Assembly (NCBI GenBank): GCA_039096225.1
Contig: JBBPEB010000025.1
Span: 372,001-436,000 of the forward strand
Length of the DNA: 64,000 nt
Direction: 5' to 3'
From: Blastocystis sp. Blastoise
Taxonomy: Eukaryota > Protista > Bigyra: Opalinata
The position numbers and the translations under genes were made by a program. Under the pieces are notes generated by a model. The model was not told the DNA's origin, made no database searches, and saw only the letters and a list, made by a program, of their open reading frames with translations. Within the stretch, counting starts at the first letter, position 1, and each line of letters opens with the position of its first letter. Positions 48,792 to 64,000 of the stretch are shown here, in pieces.

Positions 48792-50361
48792 TTCCTTTGT
48801 ATATATATATTTAAATCTTATATTATTATATTTTTTTTATCAATTTCTTGTCATTATTATTTTTTTATTTATTAACGTTTATATAAAGTATATATAAAAC
48901 TTTATTACTATTTCTTCATGGTTTATTTTAAAACATAAAAATATTAATGAATAAACAAAATATATTTCTTATAACATATATACATGACATACATATAATA
49001 GAATACTATTTAATGTGTATTATGAGTTTAATGTAAAGTATTTATGAAGTTTTAACTTTATAAATATTTCTACATAATGATAATTAGTTGCATAACATCT
49101 TCATATATAATTAAAATTGTTTTTAATATTTTAAAAATATAATATATAAAAGTGAATGACTTCTTGATAAACATTTTTATTAGTATATTAAGAAAATAAA
49201 TGAGATTTTAAATATTTTTGATGTTTTATTTATTATTTTTTATATAATATTTTAGTTTATATATAAAGAGTCGCTAAAAAGTGTTAAAAAAAAATTAAAA
49301 TGTATTATTTACTGAAATATATTTTTCATTTTCAATATAGAATAGTTTATAATGAAGTATTAGTTATATAATTAAATAAAAATACAAATAAATCTAATCA
49401 TAACTACATTATTATATATTTGGAAGAAATCTATTTTTATCAAAATGCATTGAGAGTAATAAAATATTTTATGATTTAATTCTTATTAGATTATAATATT
49501 AAATAATTAAACAAAGAATATAATATGAGAATTATGGACTAATCATAGGTAAAATATTATCATATTTAATTATTCATATATTTGCGTATTAATATATAAG
49601 CGAAACATATAAATAATATACATTTCTATTACCAATAATATATGTTGTATAAAATATCAAAAATAGTTGTTATTCATCATATATATATGATAATATATTA
49701 TCTATATGAATATGATGATTTTGATATCTTCATAAATTATTGTAAAAAAACTATGAAAATAAAATAATATAAAAAAGAAATGGAAGAGTGAGAAGAAGGA
49801 GATAGAAAGAACAGGAGTGATAATTTTATAAAGAGACTATAGAAGTAATTCAATCTGAGTAATAGAAATATATTATATAAATATAATATAAAAATAAATA
49901 ATACTTAGTAAATATAGTCAGAAATCAGGAAAGATTACCAAAAGAATAGAGCTATTCATTTCTAGATAAATAATAGTTAGCATATACAAACATATAAATA
50001 TATATAAATAAAAATAGAAACGTATATATTAAAAATAAGAGACTTATCAATCAAAATGTAAATGATGTAAGAAATATAAATTGATTAGACATACAAATCT
50101 GTTTGTAGTATCCTCTATATTTTTAATTAGTATTCAATACATTATTTTAAATTAAAAATGAAACGAAGATCCACAATGAGTTACCTATTTTTGGAAATTA
50201 TTGAGATATTTTTGTAGATCATATTTAATGTTAATTATTTTAAATATTATGAATAATTATATATGTATAATAAGCGAATAATAAAGAAATAAAAGAATAA
50301 TAAAAGAATAAAATAAACAAGGGGAAACAAATATATTTATTTCATTAGCATTATTTCATTA

Positions 50362-51894
50362 ATGGTGAAAGAAAAGGTATTATTTGATATTGATAAATTT
50401 AATAGATTGAAGGAAGATATCAATGTATATGAAGAATTGATGAAAGATGTAGTTAATGTATTTGGATCAGTAATGAATTTTGGTATACATTCTGGAATAT
50501 CGATGAATAGACTTATAAAATATATTAGAGATGATTGTATAGAAAAAGAAGATGAAAATAATGAATATGAAAAGAAATGTGTTTATGAAAGTAATAATAA
50601 TGAGAATATGAATATGAATTATAATAATAATGATAGTGATATGGATTTGATTCAATTTAAGAATAATGGTCCTATATTTCAAATATCGAAATCAGTTTTA
50701 GATTCTTTAAGAGGTTCTTTTATTGAAGAACAACGTGAAGAAGAATATAGAACAAATGATGGATATATATATCTTGATTATAGAGGAAATGATGCTTTTA
50801 TTTATTATTTATTAGATTATTTGAATGGAAAGAAAGTATATTTTGATTCTTTTTGTTATGAAGAACAATTAGAATTATTAGATTTATTTGAATTTTGTGG
50901 ATTACCTCTTCCTATGGAATTAATAGATTGTAAAGATCGAAATATGAAGAAATATGAAGAAAACGATGAAGTTTCTTTATTTATTAATGGAAAGAAAAAT
51001 GATATAATTAAAGAATATTTAATAAAGAATGACTTATGGAATACTTATGTAATGAATTATAATAATGGATTTATTAATTATAATCATATAGAAGATAGTT
51101 TATATATGGATGAGAAGTACAAATATATTTTATATATTACACAATATGTAAAGAATGGATATATAGATATAGAAGAAGATAAGATTATTGATATTGATAT
51201 AACACTATTAAAGAACGAAATGATTGAGTTATTTGGTAATCAAGGAAAAGAAGCTGTTAAAAAGCTAATTATGGGAATACCAAGTATATTTATAAACTCA
51301 AAAATAATTGAAAAGAAATGTTTTGAAACTCCTTTAGTAAATTGGCTTGGTACAGAAAAGAAATGGAAATTATTATTTAGAGCAAGTGAACATAATTATT
51401 CTTCCCAAGAATTCCATAAATATTGTGACAATAAAGGAGAAACAGTGATTCTAATTAAACATATAGGTCATAATAATCATATTAATATATTTGGAGGATA
51501 TACAGATCAAAATTGGGATAGTAATAGTTGTATATATATTATTATATACATACATAATTATTTTATATTCTTCTTTATAGATAATAAATATCGTTCTAAA
51601 GAGTTTCTATTTACTTTAACTAATGAACATAATATTCCTCCTACGCAATATCCACATGATGGAAATAATAATGGTATATATTGTTCTTCTTCTTATGGTC
51701 CTGTATTTGGTGATGGTTCTGATATATTAATAGGTGATAATTGTCATACTACTGATGATAATGCATGGACTGTTTCACAATCATTTACAACTGTGAATAC
51801 TCCTCAGAAATCATCCTTATTTGTGAATACTGATAATGCTAATTCTACTAATCACTTTATAGTAGAAGATTATGAAGTATGGGGAAGAATTTAA
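50362..51894 (+). CDS. BTB/POZ-like x2 + TLDc domain protein (~493 aa after removing the in-frame 51-nt intron 51530-51580)
   Basis: BTB-like segment DGYIYLDY...LLDYLNG...LFEFCGLP. TLDc motifs WKLLFRASEH, FHKYCDNKGETVILIK, IFGGYT, FLFTL, YGPVFG, VEDYEVW. Confidence 0.88.
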   Translation: MVKEKVLFDIDKFNRLKEDINVYEELMKDVVNVFGSVMNFGIHSGISMNRLIKYIRDDCIEKEDENNEYEKKCVYESNNNENMNMNYNNNDSDMDLIQFKNNGPIFQISKSVLDSLRGSFIEEQREEEYRTNDGYIYLDYRGNDAFIYYLLDYLNGKKVYFDSFCYEEQLELLDLFEFCGLPLPMELIDCKDRNMKKYEENDEVSLFINGKKNDIIKEYLIKNDLWNTYVMNYNNGFINYNHIEDSLYMDEKYKYILYITQYVKNGYIDIEEDKIIDIDITLLKNEMIELFGNQGKEAVKKLIMGIPSIFINSKIIEKKCFETPLVNWLGTEKKWKLLFRASEHNYSSQEFHKYCDNKGETVILIKHIGHNNHINIFGGYTDQNWDSNSCIYIIIYIHNYFIFFFIDNKYRSKEFLFTLTNEHNIPPTQYPHDGNNNGIYCSSSYGPVFGDGSDILIGDNCHTTDDNAWTVSQSFTTVNTPQKSSLFVNTDNANSTNHFIVEDYEVWGRI

Positions 51895-54044
51895 TGTGAT
51901 TTCTATAAATATACTTTTATTTATCTATTATTTATTTTTTTTTTTAAATTTTATTTTGTATAATTTATATTTAATATATTTTAATTTTTTAAACAATTTT
52001 TTATTATTATATTTCATTGAAACAATCATTTTTTTTATCTAATTTAATTTATATATATATATATATATATATATTGAATGAAAATATATAAACAAATAAT
52101 GATAACAATAAGAAGATGATATTTAAGTATTTTTTACATAAATATAAATTTTAAAATTAAAGAATATACAAACATTATAAATGAATCCATCATATGTTAA
52201 GAACTTGAATTAATAAATATTTTTTATTAGTTTAATTACTGATAAATGTTTATAAATAATACATGATAGAATAAATACTATATTATAGAATAAAGTATTG
52301 ATTACAAATAAATGAATTATTATTTTTCAAGAAATTTAGTTTTAAAAAAGATATATATAGAACTGTGATAGATAATTACAGTATTGTTTTACTATATATA
52401 TCACAAATAAATATAGTGTTAAGAATATTATATAGACTATTATGATTTATTATTAAACAAATCACAATATAGATTCATCTTTATATATAAGATATATATT
52501 ATATAATTAATTTTCTTTTAAATATGGAAAACTCTTTTATTGTATTATATATTTTTCTAATATATATATATTTTTGCTATAAGAATATCAACATATAATT
52601 ATTTGTTCGTATTAAATATATATAATACAAAAATAATATGTATATATAAATATCTATATATAGTGTACTGATACTAGTGAATATATATATATTAAAGAAT
52701 AGTCATATTATATTTCATATAAGATTCCTTATGAGAATCCTATAACTACATGAATATATGTAAAAATGAAAAATGTTGTGAAACTTAAATATTTTAACAA
52801 AAATATAAATATTTAAAATTTTGTTTTTGTAAATAATTTACATAAAAATACTTTTCATTTCTGTCTCTCTCGAAATTGTTAATTTCTAAAATAAAAAATG
52901 ATAAAAAAAATTCTTTCAATCTCAAATACACACAACAACACAATAATCCACTGTAAAGTCATATAAAATACCTTCTGTAATATTAATCGCTCATTTTCTT
53001 TCAATTATCGTCCTATATATTATATTTATGAAATGGCAACATTGATTCTATCTTTATTTAATACATATAGACTTAAAATTGTTAAACACCATCAATGACA
53101 AAACATATTATTCTTCTCTTTCAAGTCATTTTAATTTTATTATGCCTTACAAGGTTATTTGAAACACATACAAGTATTTAAATCAACGTCTTATGGATTT
53201 TAATAAAACAAAATAAAATCACATGTAATAATAGCAAGAAATATGAATCTGAAAATACACCACAATCGTTGTCATATCTTATAATAGACTTATTACTCTT
53301 TATAACTAAATATGATGATTTTGAAAAATATTTGACCTTTCTTTCTTCACAATTTTCATTTTGAACACCTTTGTGAATTGATTATCTTTATACACATTCT
53401 ATTGTACTGTCAATTTTGATTCTATAAATGAAAGAAATCATTTTTTCTCACTTGATTCAGTCCTAGCTTTTTCCTACAATACAAATCAGCTTTTTTATTT
53501 GTGCCTGGAGAAAGTCAATTGAAAACTAAACTGTCATTATTTGATTAAATAAATAATCTACAAAAAAAAAACAAAATGATTTCTTCTTCTTCTTCACAGT
53601 CTTCATGTTATTAATTACAAATCATATAATACAAAAAAAACAATTCAGTATTACACTATAGGCATATTCAAGCGAAACTAAATGTAAAGAAGGCATTTCT
53701 TGGTTCTGAATTACTCTTTTCTATTCGTTTTATTTCCGATTTTTTATTGGTTGCAATTGATTGGGTCATTTATGTCTGTATTTAAAAAACAAGGGAAAAC
53801 GATGATTTTCTTCATTTTTTAAAGGAATTCTTTTGAATGATGTTTTCCATGAAAAATGACGCTTCAAGAATCACTATTCTCTATATAAACAGATAGAGAT
53901 ATAACCAGTCATTTTTTCTGTATTTTGAAAAAGAGAAAACTCCAATTATTTGAGATAACCCTATATAACCATGTTGAGATTTTTTTCTCCCATTTCTTCT
54001 TTTTAAATAATTTAAATATTTATATTTATATTTCAAAAGACATA

Positions 54045-57000
54045 ATGAACTTTATTTTCATTTTGATTACTTTATTAGTTTCAGGTAAATCTATTCATAA
54101 TTATATGAAAACTTATTTGTTATATAGTTTTTTCCTGTGAAACAGGAGAAATTGAGTTAGTTGTTTTTAAGGCATATTCTAGATCTGCTAAAGAAGAAAG
54201 CTTTGATATCTGGAGAGGTAACGTTGATACTGGTGTTAAACTGTTGAGTGTTACAGGTGTTGCTGCAGATGATAATACTGAGCAAACATGGACTTTTTGT
54301 ACAACAGCTGCTGTTCATACTATCCATTTTATGGATAGCTATGGTGATGGTTGGGGTAGCTCTTCTAAAGCAGCCTATATGACTATTAAGAACAACGAAA
54401 TTGAAGTCTATCGTGGTACTATGAAATATATCATATCTAAAGATTTCAAAGATGACGTAAAAACATTTAACCGTATGTACTGATATTTTTTATATATATT
54501 TTTTAAATATATTTTTTTATATAATATTTTTTTATATAATATTTTTTTATATAATATTTTTTTAAATAATATTTTTTTATATAATATTTTTTTCTATATT
54601 TATTATTCTAATGATATATATATATAATTATCATGTATTAAAAAAATTTATTATAAAATAGGATTCTTATATATTAAAAATAAAAGTTAACTTTATTTTT
54701 CTATAGCTACTTTACATGTAAATTTTGGTTCTACTTGGAAATATTCTGATAATATTCAAGTAGGTACTAGTTGGACAGAACCTTCTTATGTTGATAATGA
54801 ATGGTTTACTGCTACTGGTGGTTCTTTTCCTGAATATACATCTATAACACGTTATTATCGTATGAATAGTCCTTTAATAGATCGTTCTGCTTTTTCTTCA
54901 ATGTTAATTCATATTAAAACAAGTGAAGGTATTGCTATGTATATTCAAGGAATAGAAGTATATAGATTTCAACTTCCTATAGATACATTAACAAGTATGA
55001 CAACTGCTACAAATTATACTGAATCTGATAATAGAAGAAGAATGTTTACTTTTAATAAATTTATATTACCTACAAATGGATTATATACAATAGCTATAGA
55101 AGTTCATCAATATAATACTACTAGTGGTCAATTAGATATATTTGACTATGCTTCATTTTTACAAGATCCTTCTGTATTCAATGAATGTTCTACAAATAAA
55201 TTTGTAGATGGAATAGGTACAAGTAGTATTCCTTCTTCATCTATTTCTTATAAAATTAGTGATTTATATGATGATAATGATTCTACTTATTGGTATAGTA
55301 CATCTAGTTCTCAAGCTACATTTATATATACATTTAATTATAATCGACTTGAATGGATTAATGGATATAGTCTTGTTTCTTCTCCTTCTACTAGTAATGG
55401 CTATTTAAAAAGTTGGAATATATATGGATCACAAGATGGAGAACATTGGGACTTTTTAGATGCTAAACAAAATGTACAATTTACTAAAGTAAAAGAAACA
55501 AAATTATTTCCTCTTCGTTCTATTGTAAAATCGTATAATGCTATTAAATTAGAAGTTACAGAAACAACTATTTTAAATAAAATTGCTATTAGTGGATTTA
55601 ATATACATACATGTAATTATGCTTCTATATTTAGTGAATTAACTTATCCTTCTACTACTATTAGTGGTTATGCATTTATTGATAATCTTGATATACAACC
55701 TATTTCAAATGGTTTTATGAATTATACTGTGACTCCTGAATTACCTTCTGGTTTAGTATTAAATAGTGAAACAGGTAGTATTACAGGTATTTCAAATGTT
55801 GTTTCTTCAGATAGTTTTACTATTTCTGCTATTCGTTTTGGTACGTCTACTGTATCTTCTGTTATATTAAACTTTAATATTATTGCTTGTTTACCACCAT
55901 CTAATTTCCAATTCCGTTTCCGTAAAATTAATAAAAGTTATGGTAACGAAGAATCATGGACATTTAAGAATTCTAATGATGATATATTATTTTCTTCACC
56001 TACTTTAGAAAGTAATACAGAAACTATATTTGTTATGTGTGTTCCTGTAGGTATATATACAGTTTCTCCAAGAGATACAAAAACTGATGGATGGAGTGTT
56101 AATTCTCGTTTATATATAGAATATTTTGATTATATTAATTCTTATTATACATTTGCAACTTTATTTGTAAGTGGTAATACTAAAATTGATTATACTTATG
56201 ATATGTCTTATAAGATTATTCCTAATTCTAATAATTGGTCTTATATTCAAGGTACTATTCCTTCTCAATGGTATTCACAAACTACTCTTCCTACTGGATT
56301 TAATACTTTATCTAGAAATACTCCTATTCCTACTACTTCTAATATATGGTTATTTAGACATGATTTCACTATTTCTACTATATCAAATTATAATGGTGCA
56401 GAAATTAGATTACTTGCTAAAGCTGGTTATCAAGTATATATTAATGGAGAACAAATCTTATCTAAAAACTTACCTGAATCTGATATTACTCTTTCTTCTT
56501 CTCCTTCTGCTGGTGATGAAATTGTTATGTATAGAACCATTCGTATTCCTAAATATTCATTAAAGAATGGTAATAATATATTAGCTATTGCTATAGTAAA
56601 TATTCAAGGAAGTAATCCAAATACTATTGAATTTGATGCTACTATTCAATTAATATTTGAAAATGAAAAAGAAATTGATTTATCTCTTTCATTTACTGCT
56701 GATCCTTTAGGAGAAGGTGTGGAAAATTTAAATGATTTAAGTCTTTATGGATTATGGCATGCTACTGTTATTTCAGGCAAAGAAGCTTCTATTATTGGAT
56801 CTTATTCTTCTTCTATATCGAAATATATTAATAAATATTGTATTATGTCAGGTACTTTAGCTTCTTCTTCAGATCCTTCTGATTGGGCTATTTATGGTAG
56901 TAATGATGATAGTATTACTTGGACTTTATTAGGTAATATTACAAATGCTTATTATTCTTTAAGAAAACAAACAAGATGCTTCTATTTACCATCAAATAGA

Positions 57001-59223
57001 AAAGTTTATAGTCAATATAAATTATTATTAACTGAAAATGCTGATCCTACAGTTATTCCTTATGAATATTCTATTTCTGAAATATCTTTTTCATCTGTTG
57101 ATCTTTCTACTTTAATTATTCCACCATTTAATTTTGTTCAATCAGAATATATAGGTTATATTGGTAGTTATTTCCCTGAAGTTACTCCTTCAAGTGATTT
57201 ATTCTTAAATTATCGTATATCACCTGCTTTAGAACTTCCATTAGAACTCGACACTACTACTGGTTCTATTCGTGGTATTCCTATAACTCCTATGACTTCT
57301 ACACTTTATACTATAAAAGCAACAGATATATTAGGAAATGAACACGAAACTTCTATTCATATCTCCATTTCTTATTGTCAATCTCCATATATATTATTCA
57401 CGATTCTTATACATACTGCAGATACTGGTAATGAACAAGGATTTACATTATATGATAAAAATGATAATATTATTATACATAGAGAAAGTTTTGCTAATAA
57501 TCAAGATAATTATTTCCCTATATGTGCATTTGCTGATATATATACATTTACTGCTTTAGATACACGTTCTAATGGTTGGGATAGTGGTTATTTTAAAGTA
57601 CTTTTACAAGATAATACAGAGATTCTTCGTGGTTCTTTAGGTACTAGTGAAGGTGAGAGAAGTTTCCCTATAGCTGTTGGTTATGTTATTCCTCCTACTA
57701 CTACAGAATGGAAATATTTAAATCGTGGGTCTAGTGCTCCTTCTGAATGGAATACTATTTTCTACAATGATTATTCATGGAAAGAAGCTATGAGTGGTCG
57801 TTATGAAGCTGCTACGGGTACTACTCAATATTTTAGATATAAATTTACTATTGATTCTGTTGAAAAATATGCATCTGCTCTTTATTCTGTAACTACTAAA
57901 TATGGTGTTATTATCTATATAAATAGTCAAGAAGTATATAGATATAATATGCCTTCAGGACCTGTTACTTTTGATACTCCTTGTATTAATGAAAAAACTA
58001 CTTCTATTTCTGTAGGATCTGCTATACCTATAACCTTTGGTAATATATATAATGGTGCTAATGTAATGGCTGTTGAAATTCATCGTTCTTCTACTACTAC
58101 TTCTACTCTAATTGATTTTGATGCTCATTTACTTGTTACAGTAGATAAGAGTTATAGAATTATGGATGGTGTTGCTAGTATTGATTCTGAATTAGATATT
58201 CCACGAATTGATAGTTTATTTGATAATACTGAAGCTAGTATGTATATATCTATTTCTCCTCGTTGTTTGGGTGCTACACCTACTTGGACTTATAATAATG
58301 GAAAACAAGAATATATTTCTTCCTATAGTTTTGTTACAGGTAAAGATTGTAATACAAGACATCCTAGTGGTTGGAATATAGAAGGCTCAAATGATGGTAT
58401 TCATTGGAGTATATTACATAGAGTTTCAAATCATACTTATACAAAATATTCTATGACTTATTCTGCTGATTTCTTTAATAATAAAGTATTTAATGCTTAT
58501 AGATTCCATGTTACTGAATGTAATAGTAAACCTATATCTCCTTATTCTTTCTTTGAAGGTGATAAATGTATAGTTGATCAAGAATCTAAGAAACATGGTA
58601 TTCAATTAGGTGATTTAAGTTTCTATTCAAAACGTATAATAACATCATGTCAACCAGAAGAACAAGAAGATTGGACTGGTGCTTTAGAAAATGATTATTC
58701 ATATAAAGATTGTCCTATATATTATGAAGGTAGAATACAAGCTTTATGTACTAATGGAACTAAAGGTGAAATTGAAACTTATTGTACTGTTATGAAACCT
58801 ATAGATATTCAATATTCTTCAGAAAATATTACTATTTATCAAAATAAATATTTCGAATTAAAACCTAATGTTTTAGCTGCAGAATATATATGTACAACTA
58901 ATTCTACTATTCCTGAAGGTATTTTATTTGATAATTCTACTGGTATTATTTCAGGTACTGTTTCTACTTTATTTGATCGTAATATTATTACAGTCACATG
59001 TACAAATCTTGTTGGTTCTATATCTACTACTATATATTTAACTTCAATTGAAGATCCTTCTCTTCCTTTATGGGCTTGGATTATTATTGCTGTTATAATA
59101 ATAATAATTATTATTATTATTATTATTATTATTGTTTGTACTAAGAAATCCAAGAAGAATAGTAAACTTGTGAATAGAAAAACTACTACAAATAATGCTC
59201 CTAAACCTGAAAATAAAGTTTAA
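54045..59223 (+). CDS. Type I surface protein (~1633 aa) with three modules of [DxxxDGW domain + jelly-roll + F5/8 type C-like + He_PIG putative Ig]
   Basis: Exons 54045-54084, 54128-54472 and 54707-59223, starting with a signal peptide. Repeated motifs DSYGDGW / DTKTDGW / DTRSNGW; AIEVH / AVEIH; WNIYGSQDG / WAIYGSNDD / WNIEGSNDG; LPSGLVLNSETGSITG / LELDTTTGSIRG / IPEGILFDNSTGIISG. C-terminal TM plus basic tail. Confidence 0.88.
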
Positions 59224-59719
59224 ATAGAAAATATATATTTATTTATTCATTTTTATACTTTGATATATTTTTTTCTTTCTTTAATAATTTCATTATTTTT
59301 GTTTTTATCTATTATTTATATTTTTGTCATTAATGTGTTTATGTTTTTTTATGTAAATGCATATATTCAACTATTTATTCATATGATATTTCATTTATTT
59401 TATTTTATCAATTCAATTATTTCTCAAACATAGTTCATTATTATTATTGTTTTGTTTATAGTGAAAATTATAAAATGTTTTATATACTAAATAAAAAAAC
59501 AAAACACTTGTAATCATAGCTATTATAAACTTAAATAGAATGCTAAAGAGTACAATACAAAAGTAAGATCTATAGTGGAAGAGAATTTAAATATAAAAAA
59601 AAAAGATCCATATATAGGCAAAATAAAAAAAGAGATAAAAATGTAGATATTATTTATAGTAAAAAATGGATTTATTATTAGTAATAATATTATAATTTGA
59701 ATAAGAATATAATTGTTGA

Positions 59720-62113
<2,394 letters not shown>

Positions 62114-63311
62114 TGTATATTAAGCCTAAAAACAATCAAAATATACACACACAAAATGTCATTTATTATTTTTGTCATTTACTTATTGGAGGAAAAGTTC
62201 CACTTTTTAATATCTAAGAAAATAATTTTCACATTTTTCTTTTCTTCCATGATTTTCTAGGAGGGTTTTTTGTGTGATAATTATTTCTATTTATTTATTG
62301 AATGAAATTAGTTAGATTAGTCTGTAGGTCCTTTATGAGAAATGTAAAATCTATTCTATGTTGATCTGTTCTAATTCATTAATAGTCAAAATGATTATTT
62401 TGAAATGCTTATATGATCTTATGATATTATACGCACGGGTATATTGATAGCATAGTCTATTTTAGATTATAATATTCAGAGATGAAAAAAAAAGGAAAAA
62501 TATTGTTCATACAAATTTGTGGAGATATCTAATTAAGTAGAGACTTTAAGACTACTGCTACATGCTCATACTTATTTACAGCAACTGGTTTCAATGATAA
62601 GTGATAATCTTCTTCATAATAAGATAGAAATAATGCAAAGTGACTTTTTTGTTTTTGATTTTAATTGTTCATATACGATAATCTTGCTACAGTGTATTTC
62701 TAAAAACTTCTTATTTACTTAATACAACGATTACTTATGGTTTAATAGATTTCAATTAAATAAGCGATTGAATATTTTATTTACGAATAGTAAATGCATT
62801 ATAATAAGCAATTTTTATATATGTGAATTGACTAATATTTAGAAAATAGCAATAATTAAAGATTTGATTTAAAAGTTTCTTTTTATATAAGCTTTTAAAA
62901 TCCAGAATCGCACTTTACATACCATACAATGTATTCTCTATATAATAACAATTTGAATATGACAAAGAAAGTAAAGATAGGAAATGAAAATTGAAAACCG
63001 GGTCTTTGAGAAAAGAACGTTTTTTAATCAGTAGTTAATGGCATGTATAGATTTTGTGATCAGACTGAGTTTCAAATGTCTTAGGTATCTATAAATATAT
63101 AGTAGTAGGAGTATATGTCAATGAAATAAAAATGAAAAAATGAAATGTAAATTTTCCAAGTGAAATGGAGAATCCAATGAAAACACTTAAAAGTCTATTC
63201 AGATTATTTGATTGGTTTCTCTAATTTAGGAAGAACACTAGACAAAAAGGAAATTTATAAAAAATAAAGAAAATGATATTGAATATAATTCTTTTATTGA
63301 TCTAGTTAAAT

Positions 63312-64000
63312 ATGAGTGATACAATAGAAAGTGAAGTTCCCTTAGTGTCTACTAAGGATAAGGCTAAGAATGATATAAAGTTACTTGGATTCTTTACTGC
63401 TTTAGCTGCCATTGTTAGTTTAATTATTGGTATTTCTGCTATGACAACATCTGTGCAAAAATACAATTCTGTAGTCATTGAGCCTGAAGGTGCTCAATGG
63501 AGTATACCTTATACCTTTGACTATCCTCTTACTCGTAACCTTACTGAGAATTTTGTCAATAAAACTGTTTCTTTTGATAACGATGGTGAACCATCTATTG
63601 GTGGAGGTATGTCTATTTACAAGGATGTTTATGTAGATAAACTTGCTGCAAAGCATCTTAAAGTTGCTCTTCATGGATCTAACGTTATTGTTGCTGCTTT
63701 TGATGGAACCATTCGTATTATGATTCTAAATGATAACGATAAAGTTGTTGAAACCAAAGATTTCTCCTTTACTGAATTCCCCAAAATATGTGATTTAGTT
63801 GAATTAAATAATAGAGTTGTTTTATTATTAGGTCAGAATACAATTCTTCCTTTAGTTGTAGAAGCTGTTCCAAACAATATTAACTTATTTTTTGGTCAAA
63901 GAACTTCCTTTGAAAATGAGCTTGATTCAACTCCTTATTTCGATACATTAGATGATAATAAATGTATAGTGATGAGTACTCGTGTAGATACAACTATTTA
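63312..64000 (+). CDS. Type II membrane protein of unknown function (runs off the window end)
   Basis: Open frame from MSDTIESEVPLVSTKDKAKNDIK, TM LLGFFTALAAIVSLIIGISAM, then a beta-rich ectodomain with NLT/NKT sequons. No stop before 64000. Confidence 0.8.
   Translation, partial: MSDTIESEVPLVSTKDKAKNDIKLLGFFTALAAIVSLIIGISAMTTSVQKYNSVVIEPEGAQWSIPYTFDYPLTRNLTENFVNKTVSFDNDGEPSIGGGMSIYKDVYVDKLAAKHLKVALHGSNVIVAAFDGTIRIMILNDNDKVVETKDFSFTEFPKICDLVELNNRVVLLLGQNTILPLVVEAVPNNINLFFGQRTSFENELDSTPYFDTLDDNKCIVMSTRVDTTI

Larger units (their letters stand above)
43640..52480 (+). repeat. Segmental duplication, copy B (BTB-LRR gene + spacer + intact BTB-TLDc)
   Basis: Colinear with copy A at ~22840-30050. 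Boundaries are approximate. Confidence 0.85.

Noticed and set aside
22840-52480. Duplicated cassette as an autonomous transposon
   Set aside because: No transposase, RT or Rep/helicase ORF is present, and I could not identify TIRs, LTRs or TSDs by eye.

Overview
Very AT-rich (roughly 20% GC by eye), intron-dense eukaryotic DNA. It is probably from a Blastocystis-like stramenopile. This is an inference from the short AT-rich GT-AG introns, the He_PIG/F5-8C surface protein, the BTB-TLDc family, a bacterial-type flavoprotein and TGTTTGTT motifs after stop codons. Manual splicing (about 80 introns) gives 13 protein genes and 2-3 pseudogenes. Left to right: a TMEM62-like phosphoesterase; a secreted bacterial-type FAD oxidoreductase; a p1/AMTP1 homologue of the ciliate 6mA DNA methyltransferase complex, missed by the ORF track; a HAT/TPR protein with a huge Asn/Ser-rich N-terminus; an organellar MRM1/SpoU methyltransferase; two copies of a [BTB-LRR + BTB-TLDc] cassette, each followed by a giant type I surface protein; a 72-aa membrane protein; a BT1 folate/biopterin transporter; and a truncated type II membrane protein. 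The most striking signal is the duplicated cassette. The BTB-LRR paralogues have phase-1 introns at the end of LRR strands and diverge most at those positions. They differ by 9 introns (13 vs 22), yet share near-identical tracts that look like gene conversion. Other highlights are (TA)n at both ends of many introns and three introns lacking an in-frame AG acceptor. Most short ORFs in the supplied track are microsatellite artefacts.
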